The notes below the pieces were generated by a model. That model was not told the DNA's origin. It saw only the letters and a program-made list of their open reading frames with translations, and searched no databases. This document shows positions 27,633 to 36,687 of a DNA stretch of 64,000 nt, one piece after another. Made by a program: the position numbers and the translations under genes. This DNA comes from Patescibacteria group bacterium (lineage in GTDB: Bacteria; Patescibacteriota; Patescibacteriia; Buchananbacterales; SURF-54): positions 12,461 through 76,460 of the forward strand of contig JAHIRB010000021.1 of assembly GCA_018818885.1 (NCBI GenBank). Reading direction: 5' to 3'. The number at the start of each line of letters is the position of its first letter. Position 1 is the stretch's first letter.

Positions 27633-28049
27633 ATGAAAATACTTCATAAAAATACCTATAAAATTGTTGTGATCTTACCATTGTTGGTATATTTGTGTTT
27701 AACCTTACTGATACCAGCTGTAGTTTTTGCAAGTCCAAGTGATGATAATTATGGCCTAGACACAACTGTTGATACAGGAGGAGTTACTGAATTTGCTGGC
27801 AAAGAAAGTGATCTAAGCAAAATGGCCGGACAATTTATAAATTACGTTTTGGGAATAGTTGGTACTATCTTTTTTCTTGTCATTCTAATTGGCGGCTATA
27901 GATGGATGACAGCAGGTGGTAGCGAAGAAAAAGTTGGTGCAGCAAAAAAGATTATTGTGCAAGGTATTTTCGGTATGTTAGCTATCTTTTTAGCTTATGC
28001 ATTAGCCTTTGCTATAATACAAGCATTGACTACGGCAATAAAACCTTAA
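27633..28049 (+). CDS. pilin-like paralog 4 (138 aa)
   Basis: Signal peptide, variable region, then core ...YVLGIVGTIFFLVILIGGYRWMTAGGSEEKVGAAKKIIVQGIFGMLAIFLAYALAFAII... Confidence 0.6.
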   Translation: MKILHKNTYKIVVILPLLVYLCLTLLIPAVVFASPSDDNYGLDTTVDTGGVTEFAGKESDLSKMAGQFINYVLGIVGTIFFLVILIGGYRWMTAGGSEEKVGAAKKIIVQGIFGMLAIFLAYALAFAIIQALTTAIKP

Positions 28050-28068
28050 TAATGAATATTGCGATGAG

Positions 28069-28461
28069 ATGGCTAATAGATTAAAAAAACAAATATTACT
28101 TACTTTAGTCTGTTGTTTGATAATCTTACCTGCAACAAGCATACTAGCTACCACTGTGGAAGAAAGCCTAATTAATTCTGGCAAAGAAGCTGGATTTTAT
28201 AAAGGTGAAGAAACCGCTAGTTTTTCTCAAGCTCTTATTGTTTACGCTAATGGTTTAGCAGGAATGCTAGGAGTATTATATTTAATTCTAATGATGTATG
28301 CCGGGTATGTTTGGATGAACTCAAGAGGTAATGAAGAAGAAGTTACTAAAGCAAGAAAAATAATAATTTGGTCTACAGTTGGCATAGGAACAATATTAAT
28401 GGCTCTTATTATTTCCGAATTTATTATATATAATTTCTACACGCAATCTAAAACTCCGTAA
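28069..28461 (+). CDS. pilin-like paralog 5 (130 aa)
   Basis: Core ...LGVLYLILMMYAGYVWMNSRGNEEEVTKARKIIIWSTVGIGTILMALIISEFII... Confidence 0.6.
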   Translation: MANRLKKQILLTLVCCLIILPATSILATTVEESLINSGKEAGFYKGEETASFSQALIVYANGLAGMLGVLYLILMMYAGYVWMNSRGNEEEVTKARKIIIWSTVGIGTILMALIISEFIIYNFYTQSKTP

Positions 28462-28474
28462 ATATCTTTAAAAA

Positions 28475-28888
28475 ATGACTATTCAAAGCAAGTTTATCAA
28501 AACCATTTTGTGTAGCTTACTAATCTTAGTTTGCTTAAATATACCTTTACATTATATTGCCGCTACAGATAGCATAGGTCAACGAATGGCAGATGAATCA
28601 CAAAAAGCAGCAAAAGCTGCAAAATTCGATGATACACCAGATTTTACAACTTCTGCACTTGGACTTATCAATATACTTTTAGGTTTTCTAGGTGTTTTCT
28701 TCATCATTTTAATAATATATGGCGGATACCTATGGATGGATGCGCGTGGCAGAGAAGAACAAATTGATAAAGGAAAAAAAATATTAATTGCTGCGTTTAT
28801 TGGCATTGTTATAATTATAAGTGCGAGAATCATATCTGAATATCTACTAATAGAAATATTTAATAAAGCTGCTCAAAAAATATCATGA
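28475..28888 (+). CDS. pilin-like paralog 6 (137 aa)
   Basis: Core ...LGFLGVFFIILIIYGGYLWMDARGREEQIDKGKKILIAAFIGIVIIISARIISEYLL... Confidence 0.6.
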   Translation: MTIQSKFIKTILCSLLILVCLNIPLHYIAATDSIGQRMADESQKAAKAAKFDDTPDFTTSALGLINILLGFLGVFFIILIIYGGYLWMDARGREEQIDKGKKILIAAFIGIVIIISARIISEYLLIEIFNKAAQKIS

Positions 28889-29331
28889 ATATAAATTACA
28901 ATAAAATTATTATTATACTTGTTGCCGGATTTTTATTTATGAATATATGCACACCAGTACTGGCAACAGAATGTGACGACCCATCTTTTACTATTGTTCA
29001 AAAAATGGCTTGTCAAAATAAAAAGTCGGACCTGCCTGGGTATCTTGATTCAGGTGGAGGCACAATCTCAACCAACTCCCCGGATGTAGTAGTTGGCAAA
29101 GTTATAGGATATATGCTAACTTTTTTGGGAGTATTGTTTTTAGTATTAATTATTTACGGTGGCTATCTTTGGATGACAGCCAGCGGTAATGACGACCAAA
29201 TCGGCAAGGCTAAAAAGATAATTATTGGCGCTTTTATTGGGTTTGTAATCATTATATTAGCAAATATTATTGTACAGTTCGCTACGCAAGTTATTGAACA
29301 AGGAGTTACCACGCCAGAAGCTACTGAATAA
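28885..29331 (+). CDS. pilin-like paralog 7 (148 aa)
   Basis: ATGA overlap with paralog 6. Core ...LTFLGVLFLVLIIYGGYLWMTASGNDDQIGKAKKIIIGAFIGFVIIILANIIVQF... Confidence 0.6.
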   Translation: MNINYNKIIIILVAGFLFMNICTPVLATECDDPSFTIVQKMACQNKKSDLPGYLDSGGGTISTNSPDVVVGKVIGYMLTFLGVLFLVLIIYGGYLWMTASGNDDQIGKAKKIIIGAFIGFVIIILANIIVQFATQVIEQGVTTPEATE

Positions 29332-29346
29332 AAATTCGTTTAATTT

Positions 29347-29754
29347 ATGATAAAAAATAAAAAAATAATAAATTTCATCTTCTTATTAGCGATCTTTTTA
29401 ATACTGGTCCAACCTCTTGCAGTGCAAGCTAGCATATTTGAAACAATAAGAAGCAAGACTGTTGGCTTTGGAGATTTACCTGACTATTCCGCAACTGAAA
29501 ACAGCCCGGAATTAATAGCAGGTAGAATAATCGGATATTTATTATCTTTCCTAGGAGTATTATTTATTATTTTAATTATTTATGGCGGCTTTATGTGGAT
29601 GACAGCCTCAGGCAATGACGAACAGGTAGAAAAAGCAAAAAAGATGATTAAAAGAGCAACGATTGGATTATTTATTGTGTTAGCTTCAGCTGCAATTGCA
29701 TGGAGCGTATTTTTGGCACTAAGTAAATCTAATATTTACTTGTTGCCTGAGTAG
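29347..29754 (+). CDS. pilin-like paralog 8 (135 aa)
   Basis: Core ...LSFLGVLFIILIIYGGFMWMTASGNDEQVEKAKKMIKRATIGLFIVLASAAIAWSVF... Confidence 0.6.
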   Translation: MIKNKKIINFIFLLAIFLILVQPLAVQASIFETIRSKTVGFGDLPDYSATENSPELIAGRIIGYLLSFLGVLFIILIIYGGFMWMTASGNDEQVEKAKKMIKRATIGLFIVLASAAIAWSVFLALSKSNIYLLPE

Positions 29755-29777
29755 ATATTACTACAATAAAATTTATT

Positions 29778-30164
29778 ATGAATAAATATTATAAAACACT
29801 AAGTTATATAGTTCCCAACTTTGCCATATTATTATTTTGTAAAACAGCAAAAGCAACGGAGATGTATGAAAGAGTCAACAAATTTAACGTTGCGGCAGGA
29901 CTAACTGCAACTCCGGCAAGTGTTGTAATAACTTCAATTATCAGTTATTTATTATCGTTTGTTGGTGTTCTATTCATAATATTAATTATCTATGGTGGCT
30001 ACATGTGGATGACAGCGCGCGGTAACGACGAACAGGTTGAAAAAGCAAAAAAATTAATAATTAGAGCCACTATTGGTATATTAATTGTTTTATCTGCATA
30101 CGTAATTACTTATTTTGTATTAAAAGTAGTGCTTGGATCCACGGGTATTGCCACATCATCATAA
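29778..30164 (+). CDS. pilin-like paralog 9 (128 aa)
   Basis: Core ...LSFVGVLFIILIIYGGYMWMTARGNDEQVEKAKKLIIRATIGILIVLSAYVITYFVL... Confidence 0.6.
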   Translation: MNKYYKTLSYIVPNFAILLFCKTAKATEMYERVNKFNVAAGLTATPASVVITSIISYLLSFVGVLFIILIIYGGYMWMTARGNDEQVEKAKKLIIRATIGILIVLSAYVITYFVLKVVLGSTGIATSS

Positions 30165-30166
30165 AT

Positions 30167-30604
30167 ATGAAACTTCCAACCAAATTACTAAACTTATTTA
30201 TACTAAGCATAGTCATAATACAATTATTTACTTTTTTTGTAGTTAGACCTGTAGCACACGCTGGTTTGTGGGAAGACATCAGAGGCGAACTTGAACCAAT
30301 TGGGACAGCTTATGGTGTTACCGGTGCTCCTAATGATCCTCGGGATATCGCTATGACCGTTGTTAATTTCGCCTTGGGCTTTTTCTCTGTCATATTTCTA
30401 ATTTTGATTATCTATGCAGGCTACTTATGGATGACAGCAAGAGGCAACGACGATCAAATTGAAAAAGCAAAAAAAATAATTACTAGAACAGTCATTGGCG
30501 CAGCTATTGTGTTGGCTGCTTGGATGATTACTCTTTTTGTTATATCAACACTCCTAAGTGCTACAAACGAAAATCTTTTCCGTGATCGCTGGCGTTGGTT
30601 TTAA
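30167..30604 (+). CDS. pilin-like paralog 10 (145 aa)
   Basis: Core ...LGFFSVIFLILIIYAGYLWMTARGNDDQIEKAKKIITRTVIGAAIVLAAWMITLFVI...; 2-nt gap from paralog 9. Confidence 0.6.
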   Translation: MKLPTKLLNLFILSIVIIQLFTFFVVRPVAHAGLWEDIRGELEPIGTAYGVTGAPNDPRDIAMTVVNFALGFFSVIFLILIIYAGYLWMTARGNDDQIEKAKKIITRTVIGAAIVLAAWMITLFVISTLLSATNENLFRDRWRWF

Positions 30605-30812
30605 AAAACTTACCATAGAAAGTAAGCATTATGCGCCAGTTTTTTGATTGCTTAAAACTAATCATATTTTATACTTCAAATGAGTTCTATAATTATAGGT
30701 CAAGTTTCCATACTTGACCTGTTTTAGGTATAATTAAGTTATACCCAGTAGTGTATCCTGCAAAAATTAAATTAACACTATTGGGTTCGTAATTATGCAT
30801 TGAATATAAAAA

Positions 30813-30848
30813 ATAAAACAAGTCCAATCTACGGGACTACTACTGGTT
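30813..30848 (+). promoter_or_regulatory. second copy of the tacgggactactac leader motif, ending 4 nt before the start codon of the DUF2079-like gene
   Basis: agtccaatctacgggactactactggtt-ATG compared with aatcccatttacgggactactaccggact-ATG upstream of ruvB. Confidence 0.35.
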
Positions 30849-32765
30849 ATGCAAAAAATTAATGAATTTTTAGAAAAAAAGACTGTACTAATTCTTGTTA
30901 TAGCTATAATTTTATATGTAATGCTTTTTAGTTTAATTTGCCTTTGGAAATACACCAATTATTCTTATGACCTTCTAGATTTATCAATAATCAACCAGGT
31001 TTTTTTTAATTCTGCAAGTGGTGATTTTTTTGCTTCAAGCATCCATCCCCCCTCTTATTTGGGTGACCATTTTACGCCGATTTTGATTCTACTCTTACCT
31101 TTTTATTTTCTCTTTAAATCCCCCCTTACATTATTGTTTTTACAGACAATAATACTTGCTCTCTGCGCGTGGCCTATTTATTTGATTGCAAACAAAATTT
31201 TAAATAGACGTTGGGGATTATTTTTTGCCTTGATGTTTTTAGTTAATCCTTTAATTGCCAATGTTAATCTATTTGAATTTCACTTTATCCCTTTTGCTAT
31301 ATTCACTTTACTATGGGCAATATATTTTTATCTTAAAGAAGACTTTTGGAAATTTCTTCTGTTTATTTTTTTGAGTTTATTAATTCGCGAAGATGTTTCT
31401 TTAGTAATTTTTATGTTTGGTATTTTAGCATTGTTTGATAGAAAAAAAAATAAATGGGTGCTAACACCAATATTTCTTTCCATACTTTACTTTATAATAT
31501 CTGTAAAAATCACAAGTATTTTTTGGCCGGGTGGAAATTATAAGTTTATGATCTATTATTCTTGGCTTGGAGAAAACTGGCCAGAGCTTATTAAGAATTC
31601 AATTTTAAAAATTGATAAAGTTTTTTTGCACTTCTTCAAGCTCGGTAATATCGAAATGATATTAGGTTTACTGTTACCTTTTGCTCTACTGCCTTTACTT
31701 GCACCTAAATTTTTGATTTTAACTTTACTTATTTTTGTCCAGTTTGTTTTAGGTGAAGCAGGTGGCAGTGCACTTATTGTAAAAACTCATTATTCATCTT
31801 TGTTTATCCCAGCATTATTTACTGCCACGATCATAGCCCTTAAAAAATTTCAAAATAAAAAAATTCAGTTTATTTTTTTTAAATTTCTTCAAAAAGAAAA
31901 AACACTGGCAATTCTCATATTTGTGGTTGCAATTATTTACACTTCAATAGCGCTTGGTCCTTCAATTGGAATTATAAAAACTATAAAAAACACTAAAACT
32001 ATAAAAAACAATACTGACATCAAAAATAAAATGATTGAGCAAATTGATCCTAACGATAGCGTTGTTTCTTCTTATGGTGCATTGACTCCTCTGTCTTCAA
32101 GAAAAAATGTCTATTCCTTACACTATATCTATATGGGCTACCAGCAGTTTAGTAGGAATAAATACGTATTGATAGACCCTGTTGATGCAATGTTAATTGA
32201 TTATCAAGATCTATTTACCTATTATCTTCAATATTATGACAAGTTAGAAGAAGACGAGGAGCTTAATCCTAATAATCTTAATGAACTAATCAAAAATAAT
32301 AATTTAGGACTTGTTGAAATAACCAATGGCATTGCATTATACAAAAAAAATGTAGCAACTGATTATGCACTCTACCAAATACATAATCAAATCCCAAGTA
32401 TAGACTTTCAGCAATCATTGAATTTGGATGATCAAATGATGTTTTTGGGATACAGTCTCTTACCCAACAACGGGGTTGCGACATACTGGCAAAAAATTGG
32501 CGATTCTGATAATTATTTCATAAGGACCAATTCAGACGATATTTTTCTACTTGCATACGGATTGTATCCATTAAAGAATTGGGGAGTAAACGAAATTGTT
32601 CAAATGAACTTTTGGTTTGACCATACAAAAAATAACTCCCAAGTTAGCTTGGAAGTTATCGAAGTTGAAGGTGGTGTAATTCTAAGTGGAATCAGAAGCA
32701 CTCAAAATGCTATCAAAACAAAAACTATTGGGGAATCGATTCAAATTCAGTTACCGACAAACTGA
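30849..32765 (+). CDS. large polytopic membrane protein, DUF2079-like (putative GT-C glycosyltransferase)
   Basis: 638 aa, ~12 TM helices, N-terminal ...DLLDLSIINQVFFNSASGDFFASSIHPPSYLGDHFTPILILLLPFYF... recalled as DUF2079-like. Family call is tentative. Confidence 0.5.
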   Translation: MQKINEFLEKKTVLILVIAIILYVMLFSLICLWKYTNYSYDLLDLSIINQVFFNSASGDFFASSIHPPSYLGDHFTPILILLLPFYFLFKSPLTLLFLQTIILALCAWPIYLIANKILNRRWGLFFALMFLVNPLIANVNLFEFHFIPFAIFTLLWAIYFYLKEDFWKFLLFIFLSLLIREDVSLVIFMFGILALFDRKKNKWVLTPIFLSILYFIISVKITSIFWPGGNYKFMIYYSWLGENWPELIKNSILKIDKVFLHFFKLGNIEMILGLLLPFALLPLLAPKFLILTLLIFVQFVLGEAGGSALIVKTHYSSLFIPALFTATIIALKKFQNKKIQFIFFKFLQKEKTLAILIFVVAIIYTSIALGPSIGIIKTIKNTKTIKNNTDIKNKMIEQIDPNDSVVSSYGALTPLSSRKNVYSLHYIYMGYQQFSRNKYVLIDPVDAMLIDYQDLFTYYLQYYDKLEEDEELNPNNLNELIKNNNLGLVEITNGIALYKKNVATDYALYQIHNQIPSIDFQQSLNLDDQMMFLGYSLLPNNGVATYWQKIGDSDNYFIRTNSDDIFLLAYGLYPLKNWGVNEIVQMNFWFDHTKNNSQVSLEVIEVEGGVILSGIRSTQNAIKTKTIGESIQIQLPTN

Positions 32766-34333
32766 TAAATAGAGATATTTTCTTGATTATAAATTTCTTT
32801 AAGGCGACATTGTCCAATGTCGTTTTCTTTTTTATTAAAAATTACGTAATTAATTTTATTACGTTCTAAAAAACTATCTTTTTGTTCGCAACTAACTTTG
32901 GATAAATAAAACCATTGGTTAAGTATCTTTTTATTGTTTTTAAAATACAAGGTTTCAATTTCGTGTGCTGCATATACTTTTTGGTCCGCATATGCTGGTA
33001 TAAACAAACTATCAAACAACGGTGCTAATACCACTCCTTTGTCTGGTATATATTGATCTAACCATCGCCAGGCCTCAACTTTTTCATCAGGTAAATAAAA
33101 ATTGGAATTACCATTGCTAAAATAATAAATATCTTTTGCTATAACAAACAAATTAGTTGGTGCAATCAATAATAAAAACAAAACCACTGCTAATAATTTA
33201 TTGTTTAATTTTTTATACAGTAAATAAAGAGGGGTGCATGCAAGTACTGCTAAAGGAAAAATTAAGCTCTGCAAAAAACGACTTTGGAATTGTGTCGGTA
33301 TTACTACTAGTAATAAAATTGCCGCCAGCCAGGCTACAAGAAATAATTTTTTTTCATCATATTTATTAGACTTAATTAGCTTGTAAATGGTAAAACCAGA
33401 AAATAACCACAGGAGTCCATACCCTAAAATAATGATCCACAAAGAATCCAAGACAACAATATTTTGAGTTGCTCTAGTATATAATACAGGCACTGTTTTG
33501 ATCAACCAGATATGATAAAAAATCGAAGGAAGCGAAATCACAAAAATTATTGCTACGTGACTAACTTTTTGCCACCCAATTTTCTTGTTCTGTATAAATA
33601 ATGCTAATAGATACAATGATAATATTAAAAAAATGGTTAAAAAATAAAATGGATGAAAATTAAAATAAATCAAAGCCAATATTCCTGCAATAATTGAATA
33701 CCTAAATTTATTATGGTCAAAAGATAACAAAATCAATAAGATAATCAAAAACATCATAATGTACGACATGATAAAATGCGGGCTTTGATACATTGTTAAA
33801 AACAAATTCGATTCTGCAACCCACAAATCTGTAGAATGAAAATAATACTGACTGATTTCTGCTAAAGGTGCAAAATAAAAACCTAAGCCTGATGACAAAG
33901 CTAATATTATAAGTGTAAATTTTCTTTGATTAGTTTCTTTAAAAAAGTAAGCGATTAACAAATAACTAACAACTATCAGTGCTGGTATCAACAAAATTCT
34001 AAACACATGAAATGCTAGAGCAGGCGTAAAAATAAAAATTTTTGCAAATAGACCGACTATCAACCAACTGATATTGAAAAAACCAATTTCTTGGTTTTCT
34101 GATGTAAAATAATCTTCAAATAGATAATCACCTGTCTTGACTTGGTTTATATAGGAAAAATAAATTGGCGGGTCGCCTGGAGATAAAGAATGTAGACCAT
34201 TATAAACGGTACCTGGAGGCACATTAAAGTAAGCAAAAATATAAGGAAAAGTTACAATCACAACCACGGCCAAACTAAAAAATAAGACATAAGCCCATTC
34301 TCGTTTTGAAATTGTTGCCAATAATTCCTTCAT
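32747..34333 (-). CDS. polytopic membrane protein, putative GT-C glycosyltransferase; paralog of 34330-35976
   Basis: Shared N-terminal blocks with the next gene (EWxxVxF...PY...YxGxHxL...D.P.YxSYI.Q...G..LF...F.SE) and similar TM topology; 528 aa. Confidence 0.5.
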   Translation of the reverse strand: MKELLATISKREWAYVLFFSLAVVVIVTFPYIFAYFNVPPGTVYNGLHSLSPGDPPIYFSYINQVKTGDYLFEDYFTSENQEIGFFNISWLIVGLFAKIFIFTPALAFHVFRILLIPALIVVSYLLIAYFFKETNQRKFTLIILALSSGLGFYFAPLAEISQYYFHSTDLWVAESNLFLTMYQSPHFIMSYIMMFLIILLILLSFDHNKFRYSIIAGILALIYFNFHPFYFLTIFLILSLYLLALFIQNKKIGWQKVSHVAIIFVISLPSIFYHIWLIKTVPVLYTRATQNIVVLDSLWIIILGYGLLWLFSGFTIYKLIKSNKYDEKKLFLVAWLAAILLLVVIPTQFQSRFLQSLIFPLAVLACTPLYLLYKKLNNKLLAVVLFLLLIAPTNLFVIAKDIYYFSNGNSNFYLPDEKVEAWRWLDQYIPDKGVVLAPLFDSLFIPAYADQKVYAAHEIETLYFKNNKKILNQWFYLSKVSCEQKDSFLERNKINYVIFNKKENDIGQCRLKEIYNQENISIYQFVGN

Positions 34334-35976
34334 AAAACTTGATAAACAAAATAATCATCATTGCTATATATCTCAAAAAGATATTTCTTACTTACTGGAT
34401 TATAATCACCCAACCTTTTTTCTCTAAAAGAATAATAAACATAATCAATATTTCTTAGATTTAAAAAATCTTTTTCTAAAACATCATCTCGATTCTTACT
34501 ATAAAACCAATTGGCTTCATTTTCTTTTATATATGAATTAATAGTTTCCACAGTATGCCCATTATATACACGACGAGTTGAAAAACCTGGGATTAAATTA
34601 CCACTTGTTTTCCCAGAAAATATTATTTCATCATCTTTTGTGTTTGTTTTAAGCCACTGAAAAACTTTTAACTCACTATTATCAATATAATAAATGTCGT
34701 CTCCTCTGTTAAATAACATGATGTCGGTTGCTATATGAACTAAGGGTGTTGAAAAAAACATAATTATTAATACAAAAATTATGAAAACTGGGTTATTTAA
34801 CCAACGATATTTATTTTTTATGCTTGTATAAACCAATACCAATAAATAAACAGTAAGTAGCGACATGGGAAATGTCATACCCTGAACCATTCTACGCTGG
34901 AATACAAATGGCAAGTAAATAATAATTAACTGGGCATACAGCCATATGACTAACAAACTTAATTTATTATCCTTTAATTTTTTACTATATAATAAATAAA
35001 TTGAACCAATAATTGGAAGCAACAATAAGAACCCATAACCGATTAATAATAAGAAGGGGGTGCTGGTAGGACAGGTATTTTGTAAATATTTAATTTGACC
35101 ATTTAAATTAATATTCACAAACCAATTATAATAGATTATGATTGGCGACGAAATTGCTACAAAAATAATATAATTAAAATATTTTTTCCATACTATCCTT
35201 TTTTCTTTTATCGACTGAAAAGTAAAAATAACAAAAATGATTGGAAATAATGAAAAAATATGAAATGGGTGAAAAGAAAACAAAAGTAATGCCAATATTC
35301 CTGCGATTATCGCATAGCTTCTCTTGTTATTTTCAAGGCATAAAAACATCAACAAAAATATCAATAATATCAACGCTATTGCTGCGATATGATGAGGGCT
35401 ATAATACGTCATTAAAAAAACAAAACTTTCAATAATCCACAGATCAGCTGGCCAAATATATTTACCATCAACTAATATATTTGCCAATTTATCAATAAAA
35501 AATAACATATAATAAAAACCCCAACCCGAGGCAAAAGTAAAAAAGATCAAACTTAATTTTCTTAATCTTTTATCATCAAAGAAATAACTTATTAATAGAT
35601 AGCTTATAATTAATAAAATTGGAATAAAACAAATTCTTGATATTTGGAAAGAAGCCTGTGGGGAAATATTGAATAGTCTAGATATTGTCCCAGGAAATAA
35701 CCAAATAATATTTAATATATCGTGATCATGGGTTTCTGATGAAAATAAATTAGTAAATAATAAATTACCTTCACTCGCCTGCGAAATATACGAGTAATAA
35801 ACCGGTTGATCTGTGGACATTAATAAATGAAAGCCAGTACTTACCTTTCCTTCTGGCGCCTTTAACCAACCATAAACATAAGGTAGAGTGGTAACAATGA
35901 TTGTTAAAATAATAATAGCAAAAACAAACTTCCACTCTTTTTTGTTAATAGAGCTTGTTAGTTGAGTAAAATTCAT
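34330..35976 (-). CDS. polytopic membrane protein, putative GT-C glycosyltransferase; paralog of 32747-34333
   Basis: 548 aa; 4-nt overlaps with both neighbours (operon). Confidence 0.5.
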   Translation of the reverse strand: MNFTQLTSSINKKEWKFVFAIIILTIIVTTLPYVYGWLKAPEGKVSTGFHLLMSTDQPVYYSYISQASEGNLLFTNLFSSETHDHDILNIIWLFPGTISRLFNISPQASFQISRICFIPILLIISYLLISYFFDDKRLRKLSLIFFTFASGWGFYYMLFFIDKLANILVDGKYIWPADLWIIESFVFLMTYYSPHHIAAIALILLIFLLMFLCLENNKRSYAIIAGILALLLFSFHPFHIFSLFPIIFVIFTFQSIKEKRIVWKKYFNYIIFVAISSPIIIYYNWFVNINLNGQIKYLQNTCPTSTPFLLLIGYGFLLLLPIIGSIYLLYSKKLKDNKLSLLVIWLYAQLIIIYLPFVFQRRMVQGMTFPMSLLTVYLLVLVYTSIKNKYRWLNNPVFIIFVLIIMFFSTPLVHIATDIMLFNRGDDIYYIDNSELKVFQWLKTNTKDDEIIFSGKTSGNLIPGFSTRRVYNGHTVETINSYIKENEANWFYSKNRDDVLEKDFLNLRNIDYVYYSFREKRLGDYNPVSKKYLFEIYSNDDYFVYQVL

Positions 35977-36686
35977 TTTTTAAATCTTAAAAAAAGTACC
36001 TTTAAAAAACTTTCGATGATGATTTTGAATTCAAATTTTGATGTACCAATTTGTCGTTCAGTAAAAGTAATTGGCAGCTCTTTTATTTTGAATCCTTTTT
36101 GATAAGCACGATAAGTTGTTTCGATTTGAAAGTTGTATCCAACAGAAGAAAGTTCATTAATATCTATGGATTCTAATACTTGACGTTTATAACATTTAAA
36201 TCCGCCAGTTAAATCTTTGATAGGTAAAAATAAAATTACCTGAGCGTATATATTTCCAAACCTACTTATTAATCTCCTCATTAAATTCCAATTTATTATC
36301 TTACCACCTCTGGTATATCTTGAACCTAGAACCAAGTCACATGATTTTATTTTTTCTAAAAATTGTGGTATATACTCTGGTTTATGCGAAAAATCTGCAT
36401 CCATTTCAAAAATTAAATCAGCGCCTGCCTTTAATGCATGCTTAAACCCAGCAACGTAAGCTGTTCCTAGCCCCATTTTGCCTTGACGATGGAGAATGTG
36501 TAAATTTGAATATTTTGATTTTAGGTCGTCGACCAATTGGCCCGTTCCGTCTGGAGAATTGTCATCAACTACTAAAATATTTAAATTATCAATGTGTAGA
36601 TTAAAAATTTCATCGATGATTGTACCGATATTATTTTTCTCGTTGTATGTAGGAATGATTATGTATATTTTATTTTGATTCTCCAT
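35973..36686 (-). CDS. GT2 polyprenol-phosphate sugar synthase (dolichol-phosphate mannosyltransferase/Dpm1-like, soluble form)
   Basis: IIIPTYNEKNNIGTII...LNILVVDDNSPDGTGQLVDDL...GKMGLGTAYVAGF...EMDADFSHKPEYIPQFL...LVLGSRY: DxD and GT2 motifs; 237 aa. Confidence 0.8.
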   Translation of the reverse strand: MENQNKIYIIIPTYNEKNNIGTIIDEIFNLHIDNLNILVVDDNSPDGTGQLVDDLKSKYSNLHILHRQGKMGLGTAYVAGFKHALKAGADLIFEMDADFSHKPEYIPQFLEKIKSCDLVLGSRYTRGGKIINWNLMRRLISRFGNIYAQVILFLPIKDLTGGFKCYKRQVLESIDINELSSVGYNFQIETTYRAYQKGFKIKELPITFTERQIGTSKFEFKIIIESFLKVLFLRFKK

Positions 36687-36687
36687 A

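Noticed and set aside
25873-30604. Type IV pilus (T4P) or competence pseudopilin assignment for the tandem small secreted proteins
   Set aside because: None has the class III prepilin leader (G/FTLIE motif after a short basic leader). All have long Sec-type signal peptides and two C-terminal hydrophobic helices, which fits VirB2/TrbC-like architecture better.
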